Below are positions 11,143-22,587 of a stretch of 64,000 bases of DNA, in pieces. The notes beneath the pieces are model-generated. The model was not told the origin of the DNA, did no database searches, and worked only from the letters and a program-made list of their open reading frames with translations. Position numbers and translations under genes: made by a program. Position 1 is the stretch's first letter; every line of letters begins with the position of its first letter. The DNA is from Tubiluchus corallicola (Eukaryota > Animalia > Priapulida), in contig JAQGDQ010000581.1 of assembly GCA_030141605.1 (NCBI GenBank), forward strand, positions 62,001-126,000. The letters run 5' to 3'.

Positions 11143-12483
11143 ATGACTACCGTTAGAAAAAGATCGTCTTCTCAGTTATACGGTGCAGACGACTCGAGTA
11201 GGTCCACTTCCTACTCGGGGAGGGCTTTTCTGTTTATGCACCACCTAGAGATGAAGATGCTGATGAGAGTCGTCTTTAGATTCCTGGTGTATTTTATGAT
11301 TGGGTTCACCATCTTGTTTCTGACGTCAATATCGACTGTAAGCGAGAGTGAATCATTTGATGATGACGATGATGGCGTTATTCACGTGGCGCTCACTGCT
11401 TGTACTGATTACCGTAAAACTGCCATAGATATGAGTGTTCTGATGAAATCCATTGAGCTTGTAACTGAGGCGCGTGTTCATTATCACATCATCGTTCACG
11501 ACGTGCAACTTCGGACATTCCTCCTGGAAATCTTGGAGAAAATTGGTGCTTCGAGAAAATTCTCCTTCACATTCTCCTGGCCGTGGATACTGTCCGCGGA
11601 AGACAGGACACAGTGGATGCGGGGCGGGAATTCTGAGCGACTCTGTGACACCCCCTGGCTGTGGTTTCCCGATGCTTTCACGGACGTGAAAAAGATGATT
11701 AAGTTAGACATGGACGTGATCGTGGCCAAACCGCTAGAGGAGCTATGGGCTTATTTTGCTCACATGAAATCCGGCGAGATGGTGGCAATGGCGTTCGAGT
11801 TTTCCGGAGAGCATACGCGTCGCATCCCGAATCAGCATGCCAAGCGAATTTATCATCCCGATCATCCAGGAAGGGAGGGGGATACCTTGTTGGACTCCTA
11901 CCTGGGATACAAACGCAACAAGGGCCTGAACACAGGCGTGGTCTTGATGAATTTAGAGAAAATGCGCCGTTCCAACTGGATACAGGAAATCCGACGTATT
12001 TTTAACAGATCCACGTGCCAACCGGAGGACGTGGAGACTAGAACGTGTATGATGGACAAGATCATCAGTGACACCTACTTCCATGAAAATCCTTCCAGGT
12101 TGTTCTTTCTTCCGTGCGACTGGAATTACTGGTGGGGTGTTGGGTTCTTCAAAGATTACTGTGACCCCGCACGCTTTCACGGAATCGGTATACTCCACGG
12201 CAGGGGCGGCATATTTCACGAAGACGGCGAGATATCAGCGGCTTACGGTAACGTCGACGACCGCGCCAAATGTGAGTGGGTGTTCCAGCAGATACACGAC
12301 ATTTACAAGAACTTAGCCGTCGATGAAACTAGACAATCTCTCGTGGATAAAGTGATAAAACTTCGCGACGATCCAGACAAGCACCAACCGGAGACGGCCT
12401 CCGATTTGAGTTTATGCTTGCAAGCCCTGGAGTCGTTTGCCCGAGGACTCAAGCTGGGTAGATCCAGGTTTGAGAGGGAGTAA
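11143..12483 (+). CDS. Glycosyltransferase family 8, glucoside xylosyltransferase (GXYLT)-like, type II membrane protein; single coding exon
   Basis: Open frame from the first ATG at 11143 (446 aa; a later ATG start is possible). Features: N-terminal TM segment (FLVYFMIGFTILFLTSI), acidic stem, DxD (KLDMDVIV), GLNTGVVLMNLEKMR, LPCDWNY and GILHG, all characteristic of GT8/GXYLT. Confidence 0.88.
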   Translation: MTTVRKRSSSQLYGADDSSRSTSYSGRAFLFMHHLEMKMLMRVVFRFLVYFMIGFTILFLTSISTVSESESFDDDDDGVIHVALTACTDYRKTAIDMSVLMKSIELVTEARVHYHIIVHDVQLRTFLLEILEKIGASRKFSFTFSWPWILSAEDRTQWMRGGNSERLCDTPWLWFPDAFTDVKKMIKLDMDVIVAKPLEELWAYFAHMKSGEMVAMAFEFSGEHTRRIPNQHAKRIYHPDHPGREGDTLLDSYLGYKRNKGLNTGVVLMNLEKMRRSNWIQEIRRIFNRSTCQPEDVETRTCMMDKIISDTYFHENPSRLFFLPCDWNYWWGVGFFKDYCDPARFHGIGILHGRGGIFHEDGEISAAYGNVDDRAKCEWVFQQIHDIYKNLAVDETRQSLVDKVIKLRDDPDKHQPETASDLSLCLQALESFARGLKLGRSRFERE

Positions 12484-12630
12484 GAATCTCGTAAAGCCGT
12501 GTCCGTTTAGGACAACTGTTATACTCTTATAAAAAGCAAGGTCTAGGGGGAAAAAGTGTCGTCCAAGAACTTTCAGGTTACCGTATTTAACAGGCAGGGC
12601 GGGATTATGATCCTTTGGAGCCCCTAGCCT

Positions 12631-14008
12631 ATATTTATCCATAACATATATAACCTGATTTACAGCAGTTCAAATGTATATTGATATATATGAACGCCTG
12701 TAATTTATGTTATATATGTTATAGATACCATATGCTATAAGTGTTGTAGATATACATACATATATACATAATACATATAGATATATATTATGGAACGCTT
12801 GTAAAACATGTAAATTTGCCGCAACTAATTGTATAAGTCAGGGTAGCGTGCTGTCTGTAAAACTGCTCGCAATTTATGTTAATGACCTTTCAATCAACCT
12901 TCAAAAATCTAAGAATGATTGTCATCTGTTAAATGTGTTTGCGGGAGCAATTATATGAGCAAATCGTACTCACGTTAAAAGGATTTTTTGTTTGTTTTCA
13001 TTTTAAGTTTCCCGCGACAGTGTTCCGACGGCGCCATTACATGACGTTGCAGTACATGTGAAACTATGTCCCAAAAAACTTTTACATCCACGGTTATGTT
13101 AGAATGTTACTTAGAATTTCACTTACCTGCTTGAAAGACTTATGTAACTAGAAAAGAAAATTGTTGATTATTTAACATACTTTCACCAATTGGTAAAATG
13201 TTGCTGACTCACCCTCCACGCATTTTTAATTCTACTGACAAGATACATTAATTTAAAATTTTACTTAGTCAGTGATGTATGCACTATGAATTCTCTGATT
13301 ATTTTTTCAAACTTTACTCAGTGTTATCTAAACTTGTTTCAAATGGCTTATCGTCAAAATGGCTGCGTCTATCAGTCAAAATGATCTTGATTTAGTAACA
13401 CGTTTCCCTGTACAGCTTTAGGCAGTTTAAAAGCCCATAAAGGTGAAATAAGTCAGTCGCCTTACACACCACAAACAGTTACCGTCATAAAGTATTTCGT
13501 TTAAATAAATGCCTGTAAGGGCAATATACGAACAAACACTCGTGAAGTTACAAAATTGTTAGACGTCCATTTATTTACATATATGTACATTTGGTCACAC
13601 ATCCACCAGAATGCTGAAACAAAAAACGCTTGCATAAATTAAATGGAACATGTAATTAAGCAAATAACGTATAATCACTTTTAAATAAAATCACTTTTGC
13701 ACATACATGTATAACAATGTCAAACTTGACCGTTTTTATCACAAAGTCATAAACTTAAGATTCTGCATTATGACCAAAATTGCAACTGTGAAAAATCTTT
13801 GCTGACCTGGTATTCGTCTTAAGATCATAATTTTGCAATTGCTGAATTATCCGTGCTTGGTTACCTAGGAAATCTATTTTACAGCAATCCCATTTTAAGC
13901 TTTCGCCTATGTCGCGAGACCAGATCATGCCCACTTTTTGAAAAATACGTAATATGCAGCTAGTCCTGCTGCGTTACATGCATAAACAGTGACTGTTAGT
14001 CCGATACT
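12631..14008 (-). repeat. Duplicated block copy A (inverted copy B at 52686-53993 plus 62999-63057)
   Basis: Base-by-base reverse-complement similarity along ~1.4 kb. It contains a palindrome, a LINE RT scrap, a first-exon-like module and micro-exon candidates. Confidence 0.92.
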
Positions 14009-15117
14009 AATTCATTCATTTTATTCAGTTTCTGCCGCTACAAGTTACTATTCATTTACATAAAGGAAGATGAAATGATTTTTCACATACTACCCGATTT
14101 TGAAGTCCTATGAAAAGTATACATTTTAATGCTGCAAAAGTGGTAGAACATAGTAGAAATACGTTGGAAAAGGGGCTGCTGGTCGAATTCACCTTCGGTT
14201 ACTGAACTGATAGTTTTTGTACATTGCTTTATTTTCAAGAGTTACAGTGCAATCACTGCAGTTCAGTTCTTTATCTCTCTATAAACGCTTTCATGATGTT
14301 TAGTAAAGTTTTTTTTAAATAAGAATGTTGTTGTGAAACTTTGACTCTATTTGTACATCATGACAGACAAACTGATTGAATTTATTCAGCATTTTATCTA
14401 CAGTACCTGTAAGGAGAACTGAATAGATTACCTTTAGTTTAAAGGAAGACAGGATGATTTTTCATACACTAGCAAATTTTCAAATCCGATAAAAAGTATA
14501 CATTTTAACACGATTAATACTGCAAAAGCGTTTCTGATAATTAAATAATAGATTATTAACAGTGGGCGAGCCCAACTATTGATGACATCACAAACAAACC
14601 TAATTTTCGGCATCAAAAATATTCCATGAGCGTGTTTGCGATAGCGAAAATTGAAGTACAGTGTAATTGTAAGATATTCAATGTGCTGTACTAAAACTAG
14701 GCAAGTTTTAAGATAAAGATTCTAATTTCAAGTTACCGCTATACTCATGCATGAGCAGTCAAACGTGTGTAGTTCGTCACAAACTAACATATCCGAACTG
14801 AGCGGTACAGCACCTGTTTTTGTCTAATGCGTTTCCGAAATGCAGGCGCCAGTGCCCGTCTAACTAACGAATGGCGAAATACATGTAACAGTGAAGAATT
14901 AGTGGCGTGAACGCGAAATTGCTTTGGTATGTTAATAATTCTTTCATGTAAGTCATTTTTGAAAAAATAGTATGTTTCTTTTCAATATTTTAAAGAATAT
15001 GCTGATTTTGCCTACAGGTTAACATTGGGTCCTGTTTTGCTTTAAGTTAGGAGTGACTCAACCCGGCAACCGTAAGCTAGGTTTTTCGCTATCCCGTCTC
15101 TGTAACTGTGTATGTTG

Positions 15118-15527
15118 TAGGGGTGAGCATCGAACGTTCGAGTTCGAACATTCGAATCGAATTCGATTCGAACGAGTTTTTTTTAGTTCGAACTCGATTC
15201 GAATCCAAAACTATAGATTCGAATAATTCAGCACTTCAATCACATATGTTCCTGATCATTAAAACGATTGAAACATCATGTAATTAACATAATTTAGTTG
15301 TTATTTCTGTGCACAACTCTAAGCAAATTACTAGTCGTTTTATTGCAGAACAAAACCTAGTGATATCCATGATCTTTGTAAGACTAATTTTTACTGGTGG
15401 TTCGAAAACTAATTCGAAAATCGTTCAATCTCAATTGAATTCGAAACACTGAAGTTCGGTTCGAATTCGAAAGTCACAAATTCGGTTCGATTCGAATTCG
15501 CTTTCTGGTAGAGAATGCTCACCCCTA
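15118..15527. mobile_element. hAT-type MITE family B with TTCGAA subterminal arrays; decayed inverted copy at ~29764-30168
   Basis: TIR TAGGGGTGAGCAT / ATGCTCACCCCTA with perfect 8-bp TSD GTATGTTG. Confidence 0.92.
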
Positions 15528-16118
15528 GTATGTTGTACATGTATTAAAGATACAGGTACTGTAATGTAATGTAATCAATGAGACAAATAAATTGAATTGA
15601 ATTTAAAACAAAACCAACTACAATAAAAGCATCAAAGCAATCGGGTCACGTGATCAGTAAGCGATTTATTCGAAATACTGTACAACACTGCAAAGCTAAA
15701 ATTGCGTAAACTGGGTTAACAAACCGACAACGGAAGAAAAACAAAACAAAAGAGGTTCACCCCGTAAACGGGTAAGAAATGGGTGATTAACTAGTAAAAG
15801 AAAACACCAGTAATGAACAGAGATGCACCCAGAGCCAGGTTATCCTGTAGGCTACTACAGGCTACCAAATAATGGGGGTGTTTGTTAACATCCGGACATT
15901 GCAGAGCCTTTCAACTTAGGGGTCCGCAAGCTTTGGTAACGTTTTGTAAAAGTTTTTTCACTACGGTTGTGTTGAAATATGTGCCGGCTTGCAATAAACA
16001 GTAAAATAGTTGTGTTTCGTAAAGAATACTTTTCTTGACAAACACAAGATAGTTATTCTAGTTCATTTAAAGAATTTACAATAAGTTTACTTCAAGCTGT
16101 ATAAATGTTGCTAAAATA

Positions 16119-16970
16119 CAGGGTGTCTATAAAGTCTCTTTACAATTTTAAAAATTTATTACAAAGGCAGTTGACAAGATATCTTAACAGATTTGTTTTG
16201 TTTTATTCAGTGTTTATTTAAGTTTGAGATCACATTGAAATTTTGCGTTCTATGTAGGTCTCCTGTTGGTAGAAGGGTATTGTTAACTGAAACCCCAAAA
16301 ATGGGTACCCCTCGAAAGAGAAGGCACAGTGTGTATCATGGTTTATTGAGACAAAATCGTATGTGCAGACTCAGTGAAGCTACAGAACTAAGTATGGAAG
16401 AGATCCATGGTGTTATGTGAAAGACATCGTGTATCGAACAAAGATACGGGACATTACTGACTTGAAGCAAAGGAAGGGTTTCTGATGCAATCGCCACCAT
16501 TGATGAGGCTATGACGAAACTACAGAACTAAGTATGGAAGAGATCCATGGGGTTATGTGAAAGACATCGTGTATCGAACAAAGATACGGGACATTACTGA
16601 CTTGAAGCAAAGGATTTCTGATGCCATCGCCACCATTGATGAGGCTATAACGAAACTACAGAACTAAGTATGGAAGAGATCCATGGGGTTATGTGAAAGA
16701 CATCGTGTATTGAACAAAGACACGGGACATTACTGACTTGAAGCAAAGGATTTCTGATGCCATCGCCACTATTGATGAGGCTATGCTACAGCGAGCATGG
16801 CAAGAAATCAAGTACCATCTTGATGTGCTTCGTGCAACTAATGGTGCTCATACAGAGGTGTATTAAATGAGTTAAAAAACTTTGACAACAACTGATTACA
16901 TAAGAACAAATCTTGTCAACTGCCTTTGTAATAAATTTTTAAAACTGTAAAGAGACTTTATAGGCACCCA
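16119..16970 (+). mobile_element. Internally deleted Tc1/mariner-superfamily transposon
   Basis: ~60-bp TIRs beginning CAGGGTGTCTATAAAGTCTC, flanked by TA. Remnants of the transposase N-terminus (EKAQCVSWFIETKS..YRTKYGRDP) are joined to the C-terminus (WGYVKDIVY..DLKQRISDAIATIDEAMLQRAWQEI..RATNGAH). The junction segment is triplicated. Confidence 0.88.
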
Positions 16971-17510
16971 TATTCAAGACCAATGTGGGCGTGTCCGTTT
17001 GAAGAGGCCCCATAATTTCAGTAGCCTAGAGGCCCCAACAGCTCATAATCCGGCCCCGGATGCACTGCAGACATCTTGTTATAAATCACCTTAAGAAATT
17101 CTTCATGATAAACATTAAATGCGCATAATCACCTTTAGAAAATAAGAACAGCAAACCACACTTGTGCATAATGGGTAATATAACATAACATCAAGCAAAC
17201 ACAGAAATTGATTTCCTTATTTAACAGTTTCACACAGCAGAGAAAACAAAAAAAAGCATATTCTATAAGAAAAATCAACACTAAGCGCCTTCGTTTTACT
17301 CCAGTGTGAACAAAGCTTTAGCCTAGTCACAAACTAACATAACAATGCACGCCTAGCTTAAACAACATGCTAGCGTTGAAATGATGCCACTTTCCCCCGA
17401 ACTATAACACCAGCAACTACGTTAACAAAAATTTAAAGGACAAGAAAGCGCGTAGTTAAAGCAAGTCTCAGAAAAGTTTCGCTAAAGAATTATAATGGTT
17501 AGAGGCAATC

Positions 17511-17792
17511 ATACTCACGTTAAAAGAATTTCCTCTTTGCTCTCATCTCAAATACTCCCGCGAGACTGTCACGGCGGCGCCATGTTAGATGGCATCACAG
17601 AACCACAACACAAATCTTTATAGTACACGTGCTCAGAACTCACTGCGACTATGTTCGTGTGATGTCATGCCACGTGATCAGTCACATGCTGGCTTTTCAA
17701 TTGGCGGACCAAATGAAACATGTCTGCACCAACGTTTACTGCCGCGGTTGAAATATTTTACAAAAATTGGAGTAAATGCGAAAACGTGAGTA
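17511..17792. promoter_or_regulatory. Candidate bidirectional promoter with two divergent first exons
   Basis: Minus-strand donor AAC|GTGAGTA at 17518 and plus-strand donor AAC|GTGAGTA at 17786 point away from each other. Between them are ATGGCG (YY1-like, 17578-17583 -), CACGTG and ATTGG motifs in CpG-containing DNA. Confidence 0.45.
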
Positions 17793-19440
17793 CTTCATTC
17801 GCTTAAGACTATACTTAGCTGATATAATTCTTTATTGCGAATTTTCTGAGGCTTACTTTGGCTGGCCATTTTCTTGACCTTTGATTAACAAGCGGGTCCA
17901 CAAACATAAGAATACATGTGTACAACTTGTAAACAATATCAGCATAACACAAAACCTAAAATGACGCCAGCTACTCGCTACGAAACTTTGACAAGGCGTT
18001 TTTTTGATTTCCTCCAATAATAAATAACTCGCTAAACATGGATATGAAACAAGGAAAGAATGAATAATCATACACACAAAATGTACACAAAAGGGAACTT
18101 AAATGTATTGCTATAGCTAGTTGGTGTGCAATTTACAATTGACTATAAAACAAACAAAATAATATGCATAGCTAAATGCATAAGAACATCTGGATTAACT
18201 TAGCAAAGTACATCATCTACAGACGAAACAAAAACATTTAAACGTAACTAAAAAAATCGTACAGACATTACACCTATTTACAGTTGCAAATTACATGCAT
18301 GTAACCGCTGTAGTATTTACACTTCCAAAAAACTGAAAACAGAAAGCGATAATGTCCAAATCTTGACGACGAAGTGCAACAACGGAAAAATCATCAATAA
18401 CAATAGCAAATGAAAATGCGTGATCAATAAACCATCATAGCAACACAACTACTTTAACGAGATATAAATTATACATAACAAAGAATCGATTATGATGACA
18501 AATTATCTCATTGGTAATATTATTGTCCCACGTTCAAATGGTTAATACAGCACTATGGCATTTGGTGAAAATGATATTTTGAAAATTTCACACAGAGATG
18601 GCAGCACAGGTCTCTGTCATTTTGCAAATTTCCATTTATGCTCAATTATGATTAATTGCACACGTATCAGAAATACTTTTTTTGCACTAAATACATGTTT
18701 AACAACGAATGGTACAAATTTAATTATTTCGGACACACTAGACAAACTTTGTCACTAACAGCTTCTATACGAAACCAAAAAGTTCTGATTTCATTTTCTA
18801 GATGGCACGAATCTATATGAAAACAATGTCATTCTGACTCGTTTTGAACGTGATTTTGAACACAATACCAGCGCCATCTATCAGCAAAAAACAAAATAGT
18901 ATTAAAGATAAAAAGAAAACACAAACGTCTAGAAATCAAGTAATTCTACACATAAGATTCACAAGTTTCGTACTACTTTCACTACATGGTTACAGTTACG
19001 CATACGGTAGTGACAAACAATGAACCACTTCAACATGAATAAGGTGCCAGGCACACATAGAGTAAATGCAAAAGATTTAAATGCTTTTCATCCCTTGAAT
19101 AAGTTTGGTGAGCCGATGACGACACTGAGGTTATTTTTGGTATCTGTAATTACTATAACAAAACGACAGGATGGCAGTGCTGTTTTGTTACGAATCTCGG
19201 CGTTACATAAGTATGTTTTACATCTATGTACACATGTGGTTTCATATGGGAAACTATGCTATGCATATAATTCTGTAGTTTGGCGTTGCTATAGCTGGCA
19301 GTGTTACATATTATTTACATATTACACAATAACCGCTTTGTTTTTATGCATTGCGAAGGCAGGAATATGAACATTTGTACAATGCCAATGAATCATCAAA
19401 TACCATTAATAGATCTACGCTAATTAACACTCACTAATCT

Positions 19441-22400
19441 TCAGACATTACCAACAGGTGCCAGCGTAGCTTGCAGTTGAAAATCATCATACACGTCTGC
19501 CAGCTGTTCAAGTTTGCACTGTTCTAGGATGACGAAGCCATCCAGACTCGGGCTGAGCTTGCGCGCGCAGTCCAGACAGTAGACCTGATGCTTGCCGTTC
19601 TCCTGCTCGCGACAGAACAATACGTTGAACACTTCCACCTCGCAGATGTGGCAGTAGTGCGCGACCTCGTTCTTCTCGCGCTGCTGATAAACCACCTGTT
19701 TTCCCAGGCTCTCGACAAACTCCAACATGATCTGAGATTCCTTCAGCGTCTTCAACAGCGTGCTCTTCAGCAGAGAAAACAATCGAGCGTCCTGAATCTT
19801 CACATTTCTCGCCAAGTTCCACGACAAGTGGACCATGGGCACGATGGATTTAAACGCGGTCAGCTTGTTCCACTCATAACGCTCCAAGGCCAGCTGATAC
19901 TGAAGTGGAATAAACGGACCCACGTTCCAAGCAATGTTATTGCACCAACCCACTGCCTGAACCCAATGTGGCGCACCTGGACCGACCCACACGAGATCGC
20001 CTGGCCTCTGGATGAACCGATAAAGAGGAATGTTCTCCTCGTACATGTCGTCAACCAACGGCCACCACGAACCAGAAGAGAAGTTTATGTTGTGCTTTTC
20101 ACAAAGTTGCTGCAGCGCTCCCCAGTACTCGGGCGGCGTTGCAAACCACTCGCAATCGCCCGGTCCGATGTTGATGTTCACCGAGCAAAAGTTGTTGTTC
20201 TCCTGATGGCCCGGCGTGCGACTTCCGGGCACTTTCATGTAAAGCTGCACCGTGTTCATGCCCAGAATGTTATGACCAACGTGACTCAGCATGTTATTCG
20301 CCGAGACGACGCGAAACATTGGCGGAAGCTTGCTCAGTTCCTGCAGTTGGGGACGCCACTTGGATTCGTCCGAGAGATCGACGTTCGTTCCAAACTTGAT
20401 GACTTTGTAATTTCCCCGGTCCTTTTTCTTCAGGTGAGAAGAGTTTGAATCGCTGTCCGACTGCGACTCTCGGTAGATGCCCTGCGCTTTGTCGTGTTCC
20501 TCTCTGAGACTCTCCTGAAATGACTGCGCTTGATATTGTGCGTATTTAGCTACTGTCGTGTAAGAACGACTGCTTTCACAGTGCCAGACCTGCTTCTTGC
20601 CGAACTCATCCCAGTTTTCGTCTGTAGGCTGCTGATGTTGCGTGCGCACTTCAACTATGTGATCCGCATTTGCCTCCACAAGGCTTTTAGTGGAAAACAA
20701 GCCAAGGTCCAATTTAAGCGCTCCAGCTAATCCACGTATGATGGCAACTGGGTGCGAGTAGATCCACTTCTGAAGCTCTGGAGATATCACATCTTTCTTT
20801 GTTTCCAAATATATGCTTGGCGTAGGAGGATACAAATCTTCTTTGGGTAACGGAGGCTGTGGCGGATCGGGTGGACGAGGGAGTGGACACTTTTCCATAA
20901 AAACGCTCGGATTTCCCTGTTTTCCCAACCCTTTGCACGCTATCAGTGTCTGCATTGCTGGTAGCTTCAGAGTTGCAGCGTCAACAATGTACAAAAATGA
21001 ATTCTTCTGCAATCTCTCAATATTATGTATATTACTATTATCTCTGGCGGCCATTGCACTGATTGGACCTGCCGCACTTGCAGCCGGCAAAGAGGACCTG
21101 GCAGCACCTTGGACACTAGACTGATCTTGGGCCTGTTGGGCCTGTGTAATTGATGCTACAGATTCTGGCTGTTCGCCAGTCAACACCGATCCGGACACGC
21201 GCCGTTTCTTGGCCGTGGGCGAGACATAACCCGGCTTGTTCTCTCGCGACGTCGCGTACGGTTTATTCGGCACAGAAATGCTGTTGCTTGCTTGCTGCTG
21301 CTGTATGCTGGTGGCAATGTTGCCCTGTCTAGATGTCAGCTCAGCCGGTATGGGCAAGTTCCACGCCTCCTCGATGCTCGGCAGTGTCTTGGATCTTTGC
21401 AACACGCTCAGCTGCGGATTAGCCAACTGCGTTTCCAAGATCTTTATCCTCGCGGAAAGATTGGAGCCGATGTTAGGCTTGCACCTAGAAGCATTTACGT
21501 AGCAGGTAAGTGCATCTTTCAGCTGCGTGCACGACTCGTACAGTATACCGAGATCGGTCCAAGCCGCAAAATGCATTTTATCCAATTGTACTGCACAGAT
21601 GTACGCCTGTAGAGCATCCATCGGCTGATTCTGCTGCTGATAAAGCACGCCTATGGAACACCAGGTGTCAGCACTTGCCTCCGATTTGTCGATGCTATGA
21701 CGGTACGACACGAAAGCGTCATGCACTTTGGCCGCGCTCGAGTAACACCTGCCCAGGAAATACCAACTTTGACCGCTGGTGGGGTCGGCCTCAATCGCTT
21801 TTGACAGGTACGATATTCCGCAGTTCTCTCTGTGCACCTTTGAGCCGAGTTGCTCACAAGTATGGTACATCCATCCCAACTGTCGAAGCGTGTTTGCTCT
21901 TACACTACTCGATAGATCGGGCGTCTGAAGAAGCTTCTCATACAGCTCTTTCGCTTTGAAGTACTTACCTTGGACTTCGTGCAGGTGTGCAATGTGGAAC
22001 TGTATCTCGACCTTGGACAGCGTGCACGGGTTCGAATCGATCAACGCGAGCTGAAAGTGTTTTAGGCTCGACTCGAAATCGTTGTTTATTTTGAAAATGA
22101 TTCCCAGATGCAAGTGAACTTCGCCGGCCCGGGAGAAACTTGGATCGATGTACAGTACTTGCTGGAGCGCTTTAACCGCCCACTGAAAGGCATTATAGTG
22201 AAAATACACAAGGCCCAGGCCATAAAGAAACGGTGCGTCTTTCCAGTACTCCTCCTCTAAATTAAAGAACTTTTGGTAGGCAGATAAGGCTTTTGGATAA
22301 TCTTCTAAAAGCAGGTGCAGATGTCCCAGCTTACAGTAGGTTTTTGGGTTAAACAGTTTCTCCGAACTGTCGGCGTTCGCCTTCGCCTTTTGTTCCATTT

Positions 22401-22587
22401 CGTGAAAGAGGCGATTATCGGCGAGGACCTTCTCCAGATACTGCACGGCTTTCGTGATGAGGACCTTCTTCGGAGACTCCTCCGTCGCAGAGAGCTTCAA
22501 GAAACCATAAAGACGACTATCGTACTCTGCCAGCAGTGCCATCTCTTGAGCAGTTAGGACAACGCTATCCTCCTGCAGAGGCTGCAT
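19441..22587 (-). CDS. KDM6A: Lysine-specific H3K27 demethylase UTX/KDM6A-type (TPR repeats + JmjC + Zn-binding domain); single coding exon, 1048 aa
   Basis: ATG at 22587 follows acceptor ttttag| near 22609. N-terminal DSRLYGF motif, TPR repeats, JmjC with intact Fe-binding residues ([11 protein letters not shown]; PHWVQAVGW) and C-terminal CHIC/CLDC zinc ligands. No stops. Confidence 0.96.
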   Translation of the reverse strand: MQPLQEDSVVLTAQEMALLAEYDSRLYGFLKLSATEESPKKVLITKAVQYLEKVLADNRLFHEMEQKAKANADSSEKLFNPKTYCKLGHLHLLLEDYPKALSAYQKFFNLEEEYWKDAPFLYGLGLVYFHYNAFQWAVKALQQVLYIDPSFSRAGEVHLHLGIIFKINNDFESSLKHFQLALIDSNPCTLSKVEIQFHIAHLHEVQGKYFKAKELYEKLLQTPDLSSSVRANTLRQLGWMYHTCEQLGSKVHRENCGISYLSKAIEADPTSGQSWYFLGRCYSSAAKVHDAFVSYRHSIDKSEASADTWCSIGVLYQQQNQPMDALQAYICAVQLDKMHFAAWTDLGILYESCTQLKDALTCYVNASRCKPNIGSNLSARIKILETQLANPQLSVLQRSKTLPSIEEAWNLPIPAELTSRQGNIATSIQQQQASNSISVPNKPYATSRENKPGYVSPTAKKRRVSGSVLTGEQPESVASITQAQQAQDQSSVQGAARSSLPAASAAGPISAMAARDNSNIHNIERLQKNSFLYIVDAATLKLPAMQTLIACKGLGKQGNPSVFMEKCPLPRPPDPPQPPLPKEDLYPPTPSIYLETKKDVISPELQKWIYSHPVAIIRGLAGALKLDLGLFSTKSLVEANADHIVEVRTQHQQPTDENWDEFGKKQVWHCESSRSYTTVAKYAQYQAQSFQESLREEHDKAQGIYRESQSDSDSNSSHLKKKDRGNYKVIKFGTNVDLSDESKWRPQLQELSKLPPMFRVVSANNMLSHVGHNILGMNTVQLYMKVPGSRTPGHQENNNFCSVNINIGPGDCEWFATPPEYWGALQQLCEKHNINFSSGSWWPLVDDMYEENIPLYRFIQRPGDLVWVGPGAPHWVQAVGWCNNIAWNVGPFIPLQYQLALERYEWNKLTAFKSIVPMVHLSWNLARNVKIQDARLFSLLKSTLLKTLKESQIMLEFVESLGKQVVYQQREKNEVAHYCHICEVEVFNVLFCREQENGKHQVYCLDCARKLSPSLDGFVILEQCKLEQLADVYDDFQLQATLAPVGNV

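Noticed and set aside
14060-14540. C/D snoRNA pair in the short duplication at ~14060-14145 and ~14440-14530
   Set aside because: There is no proper RTGATGA box C or terminal stem; treated as a decayed local duplication.
12595-17058. One large hAT element bounded by CAGGGCGGGATTATGA and TCATAATCCGGCCCCG
   Set aside because: The arms are complementary, but the flanking 8-mers (TTAACAGG vs GATGCACT) do not match. They are more likely halves of separate insertions.
17520-17546. RPL41 gene (starts MRAK)
   Set aside because: The frame continues RKFF-stop rather than WRKKRMRR, and there is no donor after AAG.
19588-20448. 286-aa plus-strand ORF
   Set aside because: It lies wholly antisense to the GC-rich KDM6 JmjC region and has no recognisable motif; this is a typical shadow ORF.
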